Below, in pieces: positions 17,545 through 20,000 of a stretch of DNA of 20,000 nucleotides. Origin of the DNA: an uncultured virus (IMG/VR IMGVR_UViG_2837005551_000004) (Duplodnaviria > Heunggongvirae > Uroviricota > Caudoviricetes); the IMG/VR virus record IMGVR_UViG_2837005551_000004; one strand, 5' to 3'. The notes under the pieces are model-generated. The model searched no databases and was not told the origin of the DNA. It saw only the letters and a list, made by a program, of their open reading frames with translations. The translations under genes were made by a program, and so were the position numbers. How positions within the stretch are numbered: the first letter of the stretch is position 1; each line of letters begins with the position of its first letter.

Positions 17545-17597
17545 TTCGGCTGTTTATATTCTTGGGGTACATATATATGGAAGTTGGCACGTATGCC

Positions 17598-17873
17598 TCA
17601 GGCTTTTCCGCTTGGAGTGTCAACATCGCGGTTTGTCACATAGAGTTCCTTCGGGAACACCACACATCCGGCGATCCTCTCTATCTCTTTCTTGCAGAAG
17701 GATGGTATACAGCAGCATCCGGCTTTCCAGTTGTAGAATGTCTTGCGTTTGATACCTTCTCCGCAGGCTCTTACTACCGCCGTCACGAAAAAACGGTGGT
17801 CAGTATGGGGTAGCGTGGCGAGATAGTCGTTAAGGCACTTGGAGTCAATCTCCTTGATCTGTTGTGTAGTCAT
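17598..17873 (-). CDS. Hypothetical protein, probable Cro-like DNA-binding (91 aa)
   Basis: ATG 17873; ACGEGIKRKTFYNWKAG...KEIERIAG resembles an HTH. Confidence 0.65.
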   Translation of the reverse strand: MTTQQIKEIDSKCLNDYLATLPHTDHRFFVTAVVRACGEGIKRKTFYNWKAGCCCIPSFCKKEIERIAGCVVFPKELYVTNRDVDTPSGKA

Positions 17874-18174
17874 AATTTCGTCCTTTAAGATTAAATGAAT
17901 CAGGTCTGCCGTTTTTTTCAAGTGTTGCGTAACCGGCACGCGCCCTCACATCGTAAAGAGAGAGGAAAAAACGCCGTCCGTTACGTTCCGCTTTCAGGGA
18001 GCCGTCATGTATCGCGTCGCGTACACGCTGGTCTGAACAGTGCATTATCTCCGCCGCCTCACGCACGGTTATCTTCCTGTCGGGAGGCACCGGTGCGGTG
18101 ATGTTCCGCTTTATCTCTTCAAGGGTGTTCTCAATCCTCGTGAGCCTCATTGTTATGCGTCGGTCTTCACTCAT
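17845..18174 (-). CDS. Excisionase-like HTH_17 protein
   Basis: ITVREAAEIMHCSDQRVRDAIHDGSLKAERNGRRFF; divergent from the repressor. Confidence 0.8.
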   Translation of the reverse strand: MSEDRRITMRLTRIENTLEEIKRNITAPVPPDRKITVREAAEIMHCSDQRVRDAIHDGSLKAERNGRRFFLSLYDVRARAGYATLEKNGRPDSFNLKGRNYDYTTDQGD

Positions 18175-18245
18175 AGTCGTATCCGTTTATAAGCTGTTTG
18201 ACATTTTTTCTGTTAGCAACCATTAGCTATATTTAGAAAAATGAT

Positions 18246-18253
18246 TATCTTTG
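18246..18253 (+). promoter_or_regulatory. -7 promoter box for the repressor gene
   Basis: TAtcTTTG followed by CA, in the AT-rich divergent intergenic region. Confidence 0.6.
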
Positions 18254-18384
18254 CAATTAGAAATAATTAATCTAAATTAGGTAGTTGCAATAACACTAAC
18301 AAACTAATCGTGCTAAATGATTGTTTGAAGTATTATTATTGGAAATACCTAATCAAATTTATTATAAAATATAAACGCAAGTTT

Positions 18385-18849
18385 ATGGACAGCATAAGAA
18401 ATAGGGTGAGACAGGCGATGGAATGGCTGAAGGACAACAGGCTGTTCAACTCCAACCGCGCCATAGCGGAAAAGATGGGCTATAATCCCAGCGTCGTGTC
18501 GCAGGTGATAACCGGCAAATCCAAAGTGACGGAACGCTTTGTCAAAAGCCTGTGCAGCATATACCAGCCCCTGAGTTTCGATTGGATATGGAACGGGAAT
18601 GGGAACATGATACAGGAGGTAGCTCCACGACAGCCGGAAGCGGATCCGGAGCCACCGCAGATGGACCGCTTCTCATATATCCTCGCTGACATGGCGGAGA
18701 TCATAAAGAACATGACAGCCTTCATGGGGCCGATGAATAACCGGCTTGAACGTCTGGAAAAACGGATTGATGAACAGGCAAAGGAGATTGAGCGGCTACG
18801 CTCTGAACTGTCGGCAAAAGAGAAAGCCGCCACCTCCCGGAAGAAGTGA
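18385..18849 (+). CDS. XRE/CI-like HTH repressor with a C-terminal coiled coil
   Basis: SNRAIAEKMGYNPSVVSQVITG HTH; SFDWIWNGNGNM; LERLEKRIDEQAKEIERLRSEL. ATG 18385 preferred. Confidence 0.82.
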   Translation: MDSIRNRVRQAMEWLKDNRLFNSNRAIAEKMGYNPSVVSQVITGKSKVTERFVKSLCSIYQPLSFDWIWNGNGNMIQEVAPRQPEADPEPPQMDRFSYILADMAEIIKNMTAFMGPMNNRLERLEKRIDEQAKEIERLRSELSAKEKAATSRKK

Positions 18850-18875
18850 CGGCTGTGCCGGCGTTACAATAGAAA

Positions 18876-20000
18876 TTATTTCAGTTTACCGAAGCCTTGT
18901 ATGACACTCGTCTGAAGCACCTGGGCGTATTTCTCGGTCATTGCCACGTTGGAGTGGGCGAGCATCTTGCTCACAGTCTCGATACCCACGCCCTTTGTCA
19001 ACGCCCACGTCGCAAACGTGTGGCGGCCGACGTGCATTGTCAGGTTGATGTGCAGTTTGGCAAGGTTGGCGATTATCTTCAGCTGATCGTTGCATTTCTG
19101 GTTGCTCATCAGATTGAGGTTGTAGTTGTACTTTTTCAGTATGGCTATCGCCTTAGGCAACAGCACAATCGTATAGGGCATACCGGTTTTCATACGCTTG
19201 TCTCGTATGCAGTAGTCCTCGCCCTGCCTGAACACGTCCGACTTCTTGATCTTCACAAGGTCGGAGTACGCCAGCCCCGTGTAGCATGAGAAGATAAACA
19301 TATCGCGCACTTTCTCGGTCATGCCGTAGAGTTCGAGGGCTTCCACACGGTCACGTTCCTCTTCGGTAAGGAATTTTATCCCCTCCGATTTTCCACGGGA
19401 AATCCTCATGCCGTCGTAGGGGTTGGACTCCAGTTTTTCAAACTGCATCGCCTCCACGATATAAGGTTTGAGTCGTTTGTGATAGCCATGAACCGAGGCC
19501 TGGGCCGTCACGCGCTTGCGTATGAAATCGTCCCATAGTCTGATGTTCTTTGGGGTGAGGTCGCTGAAGAAGCGTATAAGCCCGAAGTCGCGCAGGCATT
19601 TGAGCATCACCTTGTGCTGCCTGCGTGTTGACTCCGTGACCGGGCGCATGTCGATACGTTCCTCCAGCCAGTCGAGAAAACTTGCCGACGAACCCTGCAA
19701 CTTCGTTTTCTTGACCTTTTTGAGTAGCGACAGGTCGTATTCGCCCTTTGTCGAGGCTATGGACGACATCTTCTCATGCAGACCGTCATAGACACGGCGT
19801 ATCTGCTCGTTCAGATGGTCGGCCTGAGGGTGGTTGACCACCTCCTTGCCGTTCCACTGCTGCTTGAGTACAGCCACTCCGGTGGAGAGACGGACGCGCT
19901 CACGGTTGTACGACACCTCGATCTCCACGGTGCCGGGGTTGACGGCCGATGCCTTCTTGCGGCGGTCGAAAACAATCTTGATCTGTGGTATTCCTGCCAT
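18876..20000 (-). CDS. int: Tyrosine recombinase/integrase (Bacteroidetes arm-binding + SAM + catalytic domains)
   Basis: VFDRR...RLSTGV arm domain; FSCYTGLAYSD; HVGRHTFAT; LAHSNVAMTEKYA. Confidence 0.95.
   Translation of the reverse strand: MAGIPQIKIVFDRRKKASAVNPGTVEIEVSYNRERVRLSTGVAVLKQQWNGKEVVNHPQADHLNEQIRRVYDGLHEKMSSIASTKGEYDLSLLKKVKKTKLQGSSASFLDWLEERIDMRPVTESTRRQHKVMLKCLRDFGLIRFFSDLTPKNIRLWDDFIRKRVTAQASVHGYHKRLKPYIVEAMQFEKLESNPYDGMRISRGKSEGIKFLTEEERDRVEALELYGMTEKVRDMFIFSCYTGLAYSDLVKIKKSDVFRQGEDYCIRDKRMKTGMPYTIVLLPKAIAILKKYNYNLNLMSNQKCNDQLKIIANLAKLHINLTMHVGRHTFATWALTKGVGIETVSKMLAHSNVAMTEKYAQVLQTSVIQGFGKLK

Larger units (their letters stand above)
1..20000. mobile_element. Part of a Bacteroidales integrative mobile element (leading-region-like genes plus integrase/repressor/excisionase/replication module)
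   Basis: Tyrosine integrase, HTH repressor, excisionase-like HTHs, initiator plus DnaC-like ATPase, ParB, PcfK/PcfJ, DUF2958 and a TA system; no housekeeping genes. No tra, relaxase or capsid genes in the window. Confidence 0.85.

Overview
Bacteroidales-type mobile element (A-rich leaders without Shine-Dalgarno sequences, TAnnTTTG promoters). The left ~15.6 kb resembles a conjugative leading region. Four + strand gene blocks (ParB; small acidic hypotheticals; PcfK/PcfJ; DUF2958 plus hypotheticals) are each preceded by a copy of a ~220-280 nt element that folds into a long imperfect hairpin. Between these blocks sit AT-rich, oppositely oriented defence-like cassettes (ABC/AAA ATPase plus a putative nuclease; an AbiEi/AbiEii type IV toxin-antitoxin pair plus an orphan gene). 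The right ~4.4 kb is a phage/satellite-like module: tyrosine integrase, HTH repressor, excisionase, a lambda-O-like initiator with internal iterons, and a DnaC-like ATPase. The best lead is the hairpin family. Its structure is conserved in one strongly diverged copy, and it carries a Bacteroidota-like -33/-7 promoter in the gene-distal arm with the -7 box in a mismatch bubble, as expected of single-stranded-DNA (Frpo-like) promoters. All family calls come from motif recognition by eye, not database searches.
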